From positions 8,937,420 through 9,001,419 of the forward strand of contig NC_057737.1 of assembly GCF_004010195.1 (NCBI RefSeq): a stretch of 64,000 nucleotides of DNA, in the 5' to 3' direction. The DNA is from Chiloscyllium plagiosum. Taxonomy: Eukaryota. Below, piece after piece: positions 24,738 through 37,790 of this stretch (its first letter is position 1; each line of letters starts with the position of its first letter). The position numbers and the translations under genes are program-made. A model generated the notes under the pieces. That model worked only from the letters and a program-made list of their open reading frames with translations. It did no database searches and had not been told where the DNA came from.

Positions 24738-25237
24738 NNNNNNNNNNNNNNNNNNNNNNNNNNNNNNNNNNNNNNNNNNNNNNNNNNNNNNNNNNNNNNN
24801 NNNNNNNNNNNNNNNNNNNNNNNNNNNNNNNNNNNNNNNNNNNNNNNNNNNNNNNNNNNNNNNNNNNNNNNNNNNNNNNNNNNNNNNNNNNNNNNNNNNN
24901 NNNNNNNNNNNNNNNNNNNNNNNNNNNNNNNNNNNNNNNNNNNNNNNNNNNNNNNNNNNNNNNNNNNNNNNNNNNNNNNNNNNNNNNNNNNNNNNNNNNN
25001 NNNNNNNNNNNNNNNNNNNNNNNNNNNNNNNNNNNNNNNNNNNNNNNNNNNNNNNNNNNNNNNNNNNNNNNNNNNNNNNNNNNNNNNNNNNNNNNNNNNN
25101 NNNNNNNNNNNNNNNNNNNNNNNNNNNNNNNNNNNNNNNNNNNNNNNNNNNNNNNNNNNNNNNNNNNNNNNNNNNNNNNNNNNNNNNNNNNNNNNNNNNN
25201 NNNNNNNNNNNNNNNNNNNNNNNNNNNNNNNNNNNNN
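24738..25237. other. Assembly gap (500 N)
   Basis: Run of N. Confidence 1.
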
Positions 25238-27053
25238 AATCTCCAGCATCTGCAGTACCCACTTTCACCTGCCTGCAACAGTCAGAGACTCGCCAACTTT
25301 AAGGGCATTTAAATGATTGTTGGATAAACATATGGATGAAAATGGAATACTGTAGGTTAGATGAGCTTCAGATTGGTTCCACAGATCCAAGGGTCTGAAC
25401 TGCGCTGTAATGTTATGTTCTATAAGATGCCTGCTTTACGGCCAATGAACTAATTTTGACAAATAATCAGAGTTCTGATGTAGAGAAAGCAGCAACCAAT
25501 TTATGTACAGCAAGCTTTCACCAGCAGCAATGAGATCATGCGTCTGATAATCCATATCCCAGGAAAAAATAATGGCCAAGTTAAGGACGCTACAGAAGAC
25601 AATTTGTTGTTGAAATGAGGAACAGGAAGAGAGATGCTCTAGAGGTGTTTGTGCACTGATTATTGAAAGTGACAGGACTGCTTAACAAAGGGTTGATAAA
25701 AGGGATATGACACTGGGATTTATAAACAGAGGCATGGAATACATAAACCACAAACCTGATGTATAACTCCAGTTTACTCCCCAACTGGAGGCTGTGTCCC
25801 CTGGTCTGCCTTCAGTATGGGTACGAGTACAAGGAGTGAGGACTTGGGATGATGTGGTTAGAGAGGAAAAGCTGGCATTGTTTTCCTTAGAGCAGAGTTG
25901 GCAAAGAGGATACTGGATGGAGATTTTAACTCATGAAAGAGAAAATAAGAAGGGACCATTTCGAGTGGCTGACTGAACAGGTTTAAGGTAATTAACAAAA
26001 GCATCAGAGTAAGTAAGAGTCATAGAGATGTACAGCACGGAAATAGACCCTTCGGTCCAACCCGTCCATGCCAACCAGATATCCCAACCTGATACAGTCC
26101 TACTTGACTGCACCCGGCCCATATCTCTCTAAATCCTTCCTATTCATACACCCATCCAGATGTCTTTTAAATGTTGCAATTGTACCAGCCTCCACCACTC
26201 CTCTGAGAGCTCATTCCATACACGTACCACCCTCTGAGTGAAAAGGTCTCTGTTATATCTTTCCCTTCTCACCCTAAACCTATGCCCTCTAGTTCTATCT
26301 ATTTATCCTATCCATGCCCCTCATAACTTTGTAAACCTCTTTAAGGTCACCCCTCAGCCTCTTAACGTTCCAGGGAAAACAGCCCAAGCCTGTTCAACCT
26401 CTCCCTATCGCTCAAATCCTCCAATCCTGGCAACATCCCAAGACGGAGGACGGGAAAAATTTGTGGCTGTAAGAGCTGCTCCTTTTTGAGGTATTTTAGG
26501 TGTTGGCGGTGATTTCCTCCAATTCCAGGAGCAGCAATTACTGTTTTATATGCTGTTGCATTGTTTTGGAACTTTGGAGAAAAATAAAGTCAAAACAACA
26601 GCACTTTTAAAAGGGAGGGGAACAGACAAAGGACGCACATGGTGAGGTCAGTGCAGTAGAGAGAGAGAAAGAAAGAAACCCACATTGCCAACTCTCAGAG
26701 TTAGCAGTTACTGTCTTTGCTGTTGAATTCATGTATCTCTGGACATTGGAATGCATCTGGGGAAATTTGTAAAAAAATGTGTAAACAGGTTTTTTTTAAG
26801 CACTGAGTAGTTATGATTGAAGACTGGGATAGACATATTTTTAACCAGTGATGGGTTTGAAGGTTAAGGGAGAAAGGCAGGAAAGTGGAGTTGCGGGTTA
26901 TCAGATTAGCCACGATCTAGACCCCTCAGCCAGGGGCTCACATCTTCTCAAAGCCATCCTGTCAAGTAACTGAAGAATTTTACACCTTTCACCAGGAAAT
27001 CTAGGGTAATGGGGAAAGTCAGGACAGTGAAGTTGAGAGTTACCAGATCAGGA

Positions 27054-27236
27054 GGAGAAAGTGAGGACTGCAGGTGCTGGAGATCAGAGTCGAAGAGTGT
27101 GGTGCTGGAAAAGCGCAGCCGGTCAGGCAGCATGTGAGGAGCCCTTCCTAATGAAGGGGTTATGCCTAAAATATTGATTCTCCTGCTCCTTGGATGCTGC
27201 CTGACCTGCTGCGCTTTTCCCGCACCACACTGTTCA
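27054..27236. mobile_element. Palindromic Penelope-derived short element
   Basis: Same inverted arms, degenerate central hammerhead (CTAATGAAGGGG..CCTAAAA). Confidence 0.7.
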
Positions 27237-28062
27237 ATGGTTCTCAGATCACCCTTAATAACATTGAATGACGGAGCAGACTGAATGGCCTTCTGCTCCT
27301 ACGTCTGATGGCCTGATGGTTTTGAATACATTGCCTAGTGGTTACAAGCTCAATTGTCATCTTCAAAAAGGGGGGAGTTTGATCAATTGAAGGGATAAAG
27401 GGAACAAGTCAGGTTGTGCGACTAAATAAAAACCAAAAGAAAGGAAATCAGGTGCTGTAAATCAGAAACAAAAACAGAAGTTGCTGGAAAAGCTCAGCAG
27501 GTCTAGTAGCATCTGTGGAGAGGAATCAGTTAGCATTTTGGGTATGGTGACTCTTACTGAGAACTGATGGTAGCTGGGAAAATGTGCAGAACTTAGGGAT
27601 GGGAGGGGGAAGGACTAAACAATAGGGGGTGGGAATAGAGCCCAGAGAGAGAGAGAAGACCAGTTGGACAGATAAACGAGTGGATAACAATCTGTCTGGG
27701 AGGATGAATAGCTATTAATGGGGGCTGTTAGTGATTAACAATGGGTTGTGTGTAATAACAGACCATGTGATAACAAGGTCTGGTGCATGGGGTTGGGGTA
27801 AGGACATAGGAGAGCTCAGGTCGTAAAGTTGCGTTTATGTAGCTCCTTTTGCTATAGGTGGGTTATTGGACACAAAGGGGTTCAAGCTGTGTTGGGATGC
27901 CCTACCATGACGATGATCTTTGCCCGGTTTCCTGCTATGGGGGGGGAGCTGGCATTTTGTTAATGATCGGGAGTGAGCTGGGCTTTGTATTAGTCGATGG
28001 TCAGGGATGACTGGGGTTATACGCAGATTCTGAACCCTGTGACCTCTGCTTTGAACCATCAG

Positions 28063-28149
28063 GATGGCCATGAAATTTGCTTTGTGGGTGAAGAGGCTTT
28101 CCATGACCTTTCCAAAGTGGATGCCAACGCCAACAAGCTGCTAGAGGAT
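28063..28149 (+). CDS. GLOD4: GLOD4 exon 8
   Basis: catcag acceptor; [29 protein letters not shown]; 87 nt; GTGAGT donor. Confidence 0.96.
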
Positions 28150-28542
28150 GTGAGTACACTCAGTGCTAACCTTTACCCTCGAGACCCCAACATTAAGCCA
28201 CGTGGACACACAGAACCTCCGTCGAGAACTGTGTCCCCCCTTTCTTTCCCCTCTCTCAACCCCCAAGTTCACACTTTATTACTGCAGAGTAAAATCATAC
28301 AATCGTGCAGACTAGGCAAAGGCCAATCAGTCCCTCATTCCTGACCCTGATCTTTGAAACTGGTCCAACTCCTTTCTGTCTCACTGTAGCTTTGCCAAAT
28401 GTCTTTGTTTTTGTTTGAACATAATGAATTTGAGCAGGGGTAGCTAGCTCATTTTATCCTCGAGCGAGGTCTGGCAAGGAAGCCTGAGACAGAATGGAGC
28501 TAGAAATGGTCAAACGTTAATTTAGGGATACTTTGGATTTTT

Positions 28543-28858
28543 TAGATTAGATTCCCTACAGTGTGGAAACAGGCTGTTCAGCCCAACCAGTCCACACCGA
28601 CCCTCCGAAGAGTAACCCACCCAGACCCATTTCCCTCTGACTAATGCACCTAACACTATGGGTAATTTAGCATGGCCAATTCACCTAACCTGCACATCTT
28701 TGGACTGTGGAAGGAAACTGGAGCACCCGGAGGAAACCCACGCAGACACGGGGAGAATGTACAAACTCCACACAGACAGTTGCCAGAGGCTGGAATCGAA
28801 CCTGGGACCCTGGTGCTGTGAGGCAGCAGTGCTAACCACTGAGTCACCGTGCTGCCCC
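28543..28858 (-). mobile_element. HE1-like V-SINE, near full length
   Basis: Reverse complement with (AATCT)n tail. Confidence 0.9.
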
Positions 28859-29575
28859 AATCGGTTGACTGGGCATGTATGTGGGCTGCAATAATTCACG
28901 CTATTGAAAGTAGTGGTGTCTCAACTCATACAGCACAGAAACAGACCCTTCGGTCCATTTTGTCCATGTCAACCAGGTTTCCCAAACTAGACTAGTCCCA
29001 GGTGTGGATTTGTTAAATGGGTGGGTTGCTCTTCAGAGGGTCGGTGTGGACTTGTTAAACCCAGTGTCTGCGTGGGTTTCCTCCGGGTGGTCTGGTTTCC
29101 TCCCACAGTCCAAAAAAAAATGTGCAGGTTAGGTGAATTGGCCATACTAAATTGCCCATAGTATTAGGTGAAGGGGTAAATGTAGGGGAATGGATCTGGG
29201 TGGGTTGCTCTTCGGAGGATCAGTATGGACTTATTAAAAGACTAAACTAGTCCAATTTGTCTGTGTTAGGCCTATATCCCTCTAACCCTTTCCTATTTGT
29301 GTACTTATCCAGGTGCCTTTTAAATGTAGTAATTGTACCAGCCTCTATCACTTCCTCTGGCAGCTCATTCCATACACACACCACCCTCTGTGTGAAAAAG
29401 TTGTCCCTTTTAAATCTTTCCTCTCTCCCCTTCAACCTATGCCCTCTAGTTCTGAACTCCTTTACCCTAGGGAAAAGACCTTGACTATATTATGTCCCTG
29501 ATGGATTTTATAAACCTCTATAAGGTTACCCCTCAACCTCATACCCTCCAGTGAAAAAAGTTCCAGCCTCTCCTC

Positions 29576-29776
29576 AAACTCAAACTTTCCATTCCCAGCA
29601 ACATCCTTTGTAAAAGTATATGACTCGAATTTTTGTTTTAGAAAGTATTGGAGACCCGGGTTCAATTCCCGCCTCAGGCGACTGACTGTGTGGAGTTAAA
29701 CTCAAACTTTCCATTCCCAGCAACATCCTTTGTAAAAGTATATGACTCGAATTTTTGTTTTAGAAAGTATTGGAGA
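29576..29776. repeat. 79-bp direct repeat flanking a 43-bp SINE fragment
   Basis: 29576-29654 identical to 29698-29776. Confidence 0.9.
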
Positions 29777-30017
29777 AACTCAGCAGGTCGGACAGAATCT
29801 GTGGAGAGAGAAATAGTTTGATAAGATTAGATTACATTCCCTACGGTCTGGATACAGGCCCTTCGGCCAAACAAGTCCATACAGACCCTCCGAAGAGTAA
29901 CCCACCTGGACTCCCTGGGGTTGGGGAGTCCAGAACTAGAGGGCATAGGGTGAAAGAGGAAAAGGGACAACCTTTTTCTCAGAGGGCGGTGCGTGTATGG
30001 AATGAGTGACATTAATA

Positions 30018-30317
30018 CCGTAGCTCAGTGGTTAGCACTGCTGCCTCACAGCATCAGAGTCCCAGGTTCGATTCCAGCCTCAGATGACTGTCTGTGTGGA
30101 GTTTGCACGTTCTCCCCTTGTCTGTGTGGGTTTCCTCTGGGTGCTTCCACAGTACAAAGATGTGCAGTTTAAGTGAATTGGCCATGCTAAAATGCCCATA
30201 ACGTTAGGTGCATTAGTCAGAGGGAAAGGGTTCTGGATGCGTTTCTCTTTGGAGGGTCGGTGTGGACTGGTTGGGCCGAAGGGCCTGTTTCCGCACTGTA
30301 GGAAATCTAATCTAATC
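30018..30317 (+). mobile_element. HE1-like V-SINE just upstream of the last GLOD4 exon
   Basis: A/B boxes, V-domain, AATCTAATCT tail. Confidence 0.85.
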
Positions 30318-30416
30318 AATATGGGGGATGATGTCAGGGTGGTAATGTCTGACCCTTTAAAAGTCCATTTTCTGAATTGGCTGGAAGGAGTAACCGTGCT
30401 TGTCTTTCCCAAACAG

Positions 30417-30482
30417 GCTATAGCTGAAGACAAAAGTGTTGAATGGTTTGCAAAATACCATGTACCAAAGCCATCTGCGTAA
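30417..30482 (+). CDS. GLOD4: GLOD4 exon 9 (last coding exon)
   Basis: aaacag acceptor; AIAEDKSVEWFAKYHVPKPSA*. Nine exons sum to 897 nt = 298 aa + stop, with all phases compatible. Confidence 0.95.
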   Translation, partial: AIAEDKSVEWFAKYHVPKPSA

Positions 30483-30636
30483 ATTGGGCTGCTCAGGCAC
30501 GCCCCCTGCTGTGACTGACTGGTTGTGGAAGGTTTTGGGTCCTGTCACCAAGCATGTTCTCTGAAGCAAGTCGCCTGTGTCTCCTTTCCTGCTTTCAAGT
30601 ATTGTGAACAAAAATAGTTTCAAAAGTTGCCTTCAG

Positions 30637-30642
30637 AATAAA
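30637..30642 (+). terminator. Probable GLOD4 polyadenylation signal
   Basis: AATAAA about 155 nt after the stop, followed by GT/T-rich sequence. Confidence 0.6.
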
Positions 30643-32039
30643 GTCTCACACTGGATACTAGTGTTTCCATGATTGTTTTGCTTGATGGTGTTCTTCCCTT
30701 CCCCACCCCCATCTTTTATTTTAGCAGGCTGCTGAAATGGACAAATAGTTACTGTCAGGTTCGGCTAAAGGTTCCACTTCATTAATGTTGGGTGCTTGTC
30801 CATTGTGACTCATTTGGAAATGGCTTTGTATTGCGCTGAGAGGAAGGGGTGCTCTCCTGATGTCTCTTGGCTGTAACACCATAATTCATCAGCCATTCAG
30901 TCCACCGAGACTGTGCTGCCATGCGGAGATCCTGGCTGATCTGATTATCCTCCACTTTACTCCTTTTTCCCTATAACCCTTGATTCTTTTACCAGTTAAA
31001 AATCTGTAAGTCTCAGCCTTGACTACACAGCATTACCCAACCTCTGTGATAAAGAATTCCATTGACTCCCTACCCCCTGAAGAAATGCCTCCTCATCTCT
31101 CTTCTAACTGGGTGACCATCTACACTGAGGTTATGGTTGTACTTACTCCCATAAGGGGTAACATCCGTTTCCTCATTAAGCCCCTTTAAAATCACTAATG
31201 CCTCTCGTTACTCTAAAATCCAATGCACACAAGCCAAACCTACTCAGCCTCCCCATACCCGGGATGAACTGTGTGTGATTTTATCACCAAGAGCTATTTC
31301 CGGTGACTGGACACGAGATCTTATTCTCAGGGTGTTGCTCCCTAATCTTTAAGCACCAGTTTTAATTGGTGACCAAGCTGCTTAAACACGTATGTCCTGC
31401 AAAACGTGGGGTGGGCGGGTGCGGGCTCCTTGTGATGAACTGTGGTAGTCTCCTCTCAATCAGAAGGTCCAGGTTTAAGTCCCGAGTGCCACGGAGATGT
31501 GTTATAACATGTCCAAGTAAGTTGATTTAAATTTAGAAAATACATTGTCCTGCATTAGATTTGGGGGGGGTTTGTGGGTGGGGAGTGAGCTTTGCAAAGA
31601 GAGACTATTACGTACTTTGTAATTATTATGGCTTTAGGTCATTGGGATTGGAGCTATCGAGTTCATTGCTTTTCAAGTATCCACAGAATTTTGCTTTAAT
31701 TGTGAAAGGAAATGTTTTGCGGTGGTTATCAGTCAGACAGTCTTTTAAAAGTAAACGTTATCATTGATAAAGATTACAGTTTTTTTTTGTGCAGATTAAA
31801 ATTGGATTAAAATTCAATAACTGCTGCTTTGTATTAACTCTATCCCCACAATGTGAAAAATCTCTTAAACTGCGCCATCGCCCAGGATTGTGCAGACGAT
31901 GGTATTTTTTGCAGTTGGTCGGTCCTGAAGTGATAGCTGATAATATTGCATTGCACATGGCACTGCTTGTTGTCGTTCAGCTTTTTCTGGAATAAGACTT
32001 CCATCTCATCAATAATGACCGACACACAGGAATGATGTC

Positions 32040-32535
32040 CTGGCACTAGGGGAGGTTCACCAGGTTGATTCTGGAGTTGAGGGGGTTGGCTTATGAGGAG
32101 AGACTGAGTAGACTGGGATTATATTCATTGGAATTTACAAGAATATGGGGGGATCTTATTGAAGCATCTAAAATTATGAAGGGAATAGCTTAGTTGGAGG
32201 TAGAGAGGATGTTTCCACTGGCAGGTATAACTAGGGCAAGAGGGCATAGCCTCAAAATTAGGGGGAGCAGATTTAGGACGGAATAGAGAAGGAACTTCTT
32301 CACCCAGAGGGTTGTGAATCTACAGAATTCCCTCCCCAATTAAGTAGTTAACGCTATTTCAGTAAACATTTTTAAAGATAAGGTAGTTTTTTTTTGAACG
32401 ATAAAGGAATTAAGGGTTATGGTGAGAGGGCGGGTAAGTGGATCTGAGTCCATGAAAGGATCAGCCATGATCTTATTGAATGGCGGAGCAGGCCCGAGGG
32501 GCCAGACGGCCTACTCCTGCTCCTAGTTCCTGTGT
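32040..32535 (+). mobile_element. CR1-type LINE 3' fragment
   Basis: Degenerate RRFTRLI..YEERLSRLGLYSLE; tail GGCCTACTCCTGCTCCTA. Confidence 0.8.
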
Positions 32536-33140
32536 TCGAAGTGTCAGTCGAGAGTATACCTGATGTCACACCAAAGAATGGACATTCTCTGGCAGCTCAT
32601 TCCATACACGTACCACCCTCTGCGTGAAAAAATTGCCCCTTAGGGCTCTTTAATATCTTTCCCCTCTCCCCCTAAACCTATACCCTCTACTTCTGGACTC
32701 CCCGACCCCAGGGAAAAGACTTTGTCTATTTACCCTATCCATGCCCCTCACAATTTTGTATACCTCTATAAGGACACCCCTCAGCCTCCGACGCTCCAGG
32801 GAAAGCATATGGTGTCTGTGGTGGACTCAGATAGGTGCACTGGTGCTGAACATGGCAAAATCATCGAGGACCATTTCACCATCTGAATTCTATCTTCCCT
32901 CTTTATGTAGTTGTAAGAACAGGGACTCAGAGCAGATGATAGCACCCCTCAAACCTACTGCCTTTCAGTGAGATTATGGCTGACATTTAACCTCCACTCT
33001 GTGACACTCTTAGTGTCCACAAATGCTATTGATTCCAGTCTTGAATATACTTTACAACTAGGCTGGAGAGCTTCAGAGATCTCAGGCAATTAGCCACGGT
33101 CTCCTCCAAACCATAGAAATCTCGCTCCATTAGAAATAAT

Positions 33141-33793
33141 GCGGTGGCACGGTGGCTCAGTGCTTAGCACTGCTGCCTCAGTATCAGGTACCAGGGTTCA
33201 ATTCCAACATAGGGTGACTGTCCATGTGGAGTTTGCACATTTTCCCAGCTTCTGGGTGGGTTTCCTCCCACAGTCCAAAAACGTGCAGGTTAGAGTGGAT
33301 TGGCCAGAGGAAATGCAGGGTTTCAGGGGTAAGGTGGGGGTTGGATCTGGGTCTGAATGGGATGCCCTTCAGAGGGTCGGTGTGAATTTGATGGACCAAA
33401 TGGTCTGCTTGCCATGCTGTGGGGATTCTCTGAAGCAGACTATTTGATTATTAAAGTTGCTGTGGGACTGCTTACACGACTGGTGGCGGTTTTGGGGTGG
33501 CACAGTGGTTAGCACTGCTGCCTCAGCGCCAGGGACCCGGGTTCAATTCCCACCCCCGGGCAACTGTCTGTGTGGAGTTTGCACGTTCTCCGTGTCTGTG
33601 TGGGTTTCCTCCCACAGTCCAAAGATGTGCAGGTCCGGTGAATTGGCCATGCTAAATTGCCCGTAGTGTTAGGTGCATTAGTCAGGGATAAAAATGTAGG
33701 GGAATGGGTCTGGGTGGACTGCTGTTCGGAGAGTTGGTGTGGACTTGTTGGGCCGAAGGGCCTGTTTCCACACTGTAGGTAATCTAATCTAAT
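33141..33793 (+). mobile_element. Two tandem HE1-like V-SINEs (33141-33430, 33494-33793)
   Basis: Two A/B-box heads and two V-domains. Confidence 0.85.
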
Positions 33794-34015
33794 CTTAACC
33801 TGAAGGTCACCACACCTCAAGTGAAGAGAGAGGTTGAGAAGGGGAATCCTTTATGGTAACATCAGCTGGTGTGGGAATTGAACGAACGCTATTGGTGTCA
33901 CTCTGAATTGCAAACCAGTTATCTATAATGTTTGTGGGGGGGATTAAATAAAAACAGGTTTTGGCCTCCAGCGATCGAACCAAACTAGCTGGGATCATTC
34001 TGAGCTGTACATCAT

Positions 34016-34219
34016 AGCAAAAGTGAAGATTGCAGATGCTGGAGATTAGAGTCAAGATTAGTGTGGTGCTGGAAAAGCACAGCAGGTCAGGCAGCATCCG
34101 CAGAGTAGGAAAATTAGCTGATTCCTGATGAAGGGCTTATGCCCAAAACATCGATTTTCCTGCTCCTCGGATGCTGCCTGACCTGCTGTGCTTTTCCAGC
34201 GCCACCCTAATTTTGACTT
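34016..34219. mobile_element. Palindromic Penelope-derived short element
   Basis: Same inverted arms, central CTGATGAAGGGCTTATGCCCAAAAC; TSD TGAGCTGTACAYCAT at 34001 and 34220. Confidence 0.8.
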
Positions 34220-34873
34220 TGAGCTGTACACCATGTCTGGCTAACCAACGCACTGTTAAAATTGCTCCACAGCTTAGTCCTGAGTAGTGCAGAAGCTCTA
34301 CAGCCATGGAAAATAACCTCTCCACATCATGGATAGAAACAGCCCCTTTTCACTTTGTGAAAAACCTTGTTTCCTGAACAGAAGAAGGAACCCAAGCAGA
34401 GAATAAAATCCTTAAATATAGCCCTTGTAATGAAAATGCAATTTGACTTATTCAGTCGCTGTAAACCAATGGCCCCCGAAAATAATATATACAGTTAAAC
34501 CCTAGTGAACACAAATCAGCTGGAAACATGTCTGGATCCAGCATTTCTGCAGACTGTTTATGTACATATATACAGTTTTAAAAATAGTTAAATGGACCAT
34601 TTCTGCCTTAGCTCATTTAATCCGACTGACTGTAACCAAATCTGAATGTTACACTTCATTAGCAATGAAGTATACTCACATGGAGCTTTTTTAATATGTG
34701 AAAGGTGGGGTGTGTCCTGACCACTGAAAGCTCATATCTGGGAAATGGTGTCTGATTCATGACTGTGACATAAAGGGGAGTGATTTAGTAGATTTGAATG
34801 CAATGCTAAGATGTGGTCTGCTTTTAGACAAAGCAGCAGTTTCAAGGCAGGATCTTGCTTTGTGAGAGTCCTT

Positions 34874-35057
34874 TAGAGACAAAAAAAAACCTGCAGATGC
34901 TGGATGAACACAGCAGGCCAGGCAGCATCAGGAGGTTGTGACGTCAACGTTTCAGGTGTTAACTGAAGAAGGGTTACACCTGAACCGTCAACCTCTCCCC
35001 CTCCTGATGCTGCCTGGCTTGCTGTGCTCTTTCAGCCTCTTGCCTGTCTATTTTGGA
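34874..35057. mobile_element. Second subfamily of palindromic Penelope-derived element
   Basis: Inverted arms around CTGAAGAAGGGTTACACCTGAACCGTC; related copy at about 100-256. Confidence 0.6.
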
Positions 35058-35812
35058 GAGTCCTTGAGCTTCCTCATGAGGTGAGGAGAGTACATTTTAA
35101 TTACCAGAGGATCTCAGTGTGGCTCTGCAAATAGTAGGTCAGGGTACTCTAAGAAATGAAAGCATTCAAAGAATAATGGAATGTAATTTTATTTAATGCT
35201 CATGTGGTTTATTTTCCCCAAGCTGGGTCACTTGCAGCAGAGTCTTGCAAAATGGTTACAGAGCACAGGGAGACCATTTGGCCCATTCTGTTCATGTCAG
35301 GGCTAAGGAGCCGGGAATGTGGGCACAATGTCAGAATGAGATTGCTACTTAGGACAGAGGGTTGGTTAGCCCAGTTGGCTAGACAGTGAGTGTCTGGCTC
35401 GGAATACTCCTAACCCAGCTTGAGTTCAATCCCAGATGCGCTGTGGTAAATCCTGAAGGCCATTCCTCCTCTCGTTCTTTCTCCCCCCCCACCCCCCCCA
35501 AGTTGTGTAACCAATAGTCTATCCCTAATGGAGAGGGAAGCCTCTGGTCCTGGTGTGACCACAGTTAATTCACTGAGAGCTCTCCATCCCAGAGGGTTTT
35601 GGATGCTCAGTGTCTCCACAAAAATAAATCCCCTATTGGGCCCTTGTGGTGTGGTAGTAGCATCTCTATCTCTGAGCCAGGAGGCCAAGTTTTCAGTGCC
35701 ACTTGCTCCAGAGGTGTGTGATAACATCTCTGTAATAGGTTGATTGGAAAATATTTAATTCCCCTATTGCCAATACCAGATGGCAATTAAACTCTGACTT
35801 AACCCAACCTTT

Positions 35813-36158
35813 GGGGTGGCATGGTGGCTCAGTGTTTAGCACTGCTGCCTCACTGCTAGGCACCCAGGTTCAATTCCAGCCTCGGGCAACTGTCTGTGTG
35901 GAGTTTGCACATTCACCCCGTGTCTGGGTGGGTGTCGTCTGGGTGCTCCGGTTTCCTCCCACAGTCCAAAGATGTATAGGTCAGGTGAATTGGCCATGCT
36001 AAATTGCCCATGGTGTTCAGGGATTTGTAGGTTGGGTGTATTAGTCAGGGGTAAGTATAGGGTAGGGCAATGGGTCTGGGTGGGTTACTCTTCGGAGGGT
36101 CAGTGTGGACTTGTTGGGCCGAAGGGCCTGTTTCCATACTGTAGGGAATCTAATCTAA
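35813..36158 (+). mobile_element. HE1-like V-SINE
   Basis: Full consensus. Confidence 0.9.
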
Positions 36159-37072
36159 TGTTCCTCATCAGATGGGAATTAGAGATATTTTCTCATCAAT
36201 CTGTTCAGAGGGGCTTTGTTATGTTACAATGGTAGATATAAAGATGAAGCAACCTGTCAGATAAGTACTACCATAGGGCTTCAATGTCTGGCTTCCAATG
36301 AATAGAATTCAGCAACTTAGACAGATTTTGATATTATATAATTTAAAACATTGATCGCAATTGGTTACAATGCATAACAGTACGTTTTGAATCTGTAAGG
36401 TATTCAGAGCATTTTATTAATATTAATACATCGAGAGATTGAGCCAGCTTACTTCCTATGGCTGGAGGGTCGAGAACTGCCTGTTAACACTTTGTTAAGT
36501 TTAACTCCATTAAGTCTCCTCCTTCAGATGTGCAATCTCTCCTATCTAAAAAGACAAAGGGCAGCCAACATAGAGGGACACCACCAACAGCAAGTTCAAA
36601 GCCACCCACGATCCTGACTATGTTGCCGATCATGTAAGAGTCAGAATCCAGGGACTCCCCTCCTAACTGTACCTCGAGTACATGGACTGCAGTGGTTCAA
36701 GAAGGCAGCACACCCCATCACCTCCCCAGAAGGCAGTTAGGAATGGAGAACAGATGTGATACCGTGTCACCTTTTATCTTTGTTTCAATCTGACTGCTGT
36801 TCCTCTGACCTTGGGTCCTTGATCACAGTTTCGCAGGAACAACTTCAGAATTCAGTGAATGACTTGACAAAAGTTACTAAATGTCTCTAGTACTATTCAC
36901 AGTGTGTTGATAGATGGTTATACCATTTACACAAAGTAACACTGTATGATATACTGGAAGCAGTTTTTGGAAGAATTACAGGAGCTGGAAATATAGGATT
37001 AATTATTATTTTGGTTTTAAGAGCATGAATCTGATTAATGATCTCTTTGCGATTATGATTGACAACTAATTA

Positions 37073-37790
37073 CCAGCGCACACCTCCTCCTGCAAGCACA
37101 GCAGAGCTCCCACAGTCTCCAACAGAGCCCTCATCCTGTAAATCCAGTAGAGCTCCCACAGTCTCCAGCAGAGCCCTCCTCCTGTAAAACCCAGCAGCGC
37201 TCATACAATGTCCAGCAGAACCCTCCTGTAAACTCAGCAGAGCGCTGTTTCCAGTAGAACTTCCTGTAAATCCATCAGAGTTCCTAAAGTCTCCAGCAGA
37301 GATCCCACTGTAAACCCAGCAAAGCTTATACAGTCTCCAGCAGAGCTCCCACAGTTTTGAGCAGAACCCTCTGTAAACCCAGCAGAGCTCCCACAGTTTT
37401 GAGCAGAACCTTCCGGTAAACCTGGCAGAGCTCCTGTAGCTGCCAGCAGAGTCCTTCTCCTTTAAATCCGGAAGAGCTCCGACAATCTCCAACAGAGTCC
37501 TCCTCGCAGACACCCAGCAGAGCTCCTACAGTCCCCATTAGTACCCTCTGTAAACCCAAAAGAGCTCCCAGTTTCCAGCAGAGCCCCCAGAAAAGCCAGC
37601 AAAGCTCCCACAGTTTCCAGCAGAGGTCTCCTCCACTAAACCCGGCACAGCCCCTTGAAAACCCAATATGCCTCCTACAGTCACTGGCAGCACACTCCTC
37701 CTGTTATCCCAACAGAGCTCCTACAGTCTTCAGCAGAACCCACCTCCAGTTAACCCAGCAGAGGTCCTGCAAACTCCTGCAGAATCCTTT
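37073..37790. repeat. Degenerate minisatellite, about 42-46 bp dimeric unit
   Basis: Recurring CCCAGCAGAGCTCCCACAGTCT + CCAGCAGAGCCCTCCTCCTGTAAA. Confidence 0.9.

Noticed and set aside
24675-25302. Long ORFs of 179-202 aa
   Set aside because: Artefacts of translating the N-gap.
26436-26800. Possible LINE 5' UTR starting CCAAGACGGAGG
   Set aside because: Resemblance is too vague to call without a repeat-library search.
37070-37559. 147-aa and 77-aa repetitive ORFs; CRISPR-like periodicity
   Set aside because: Degenerate minisatellite with no unique spacers, no splice or codon evidence, and a eukaryotic context.
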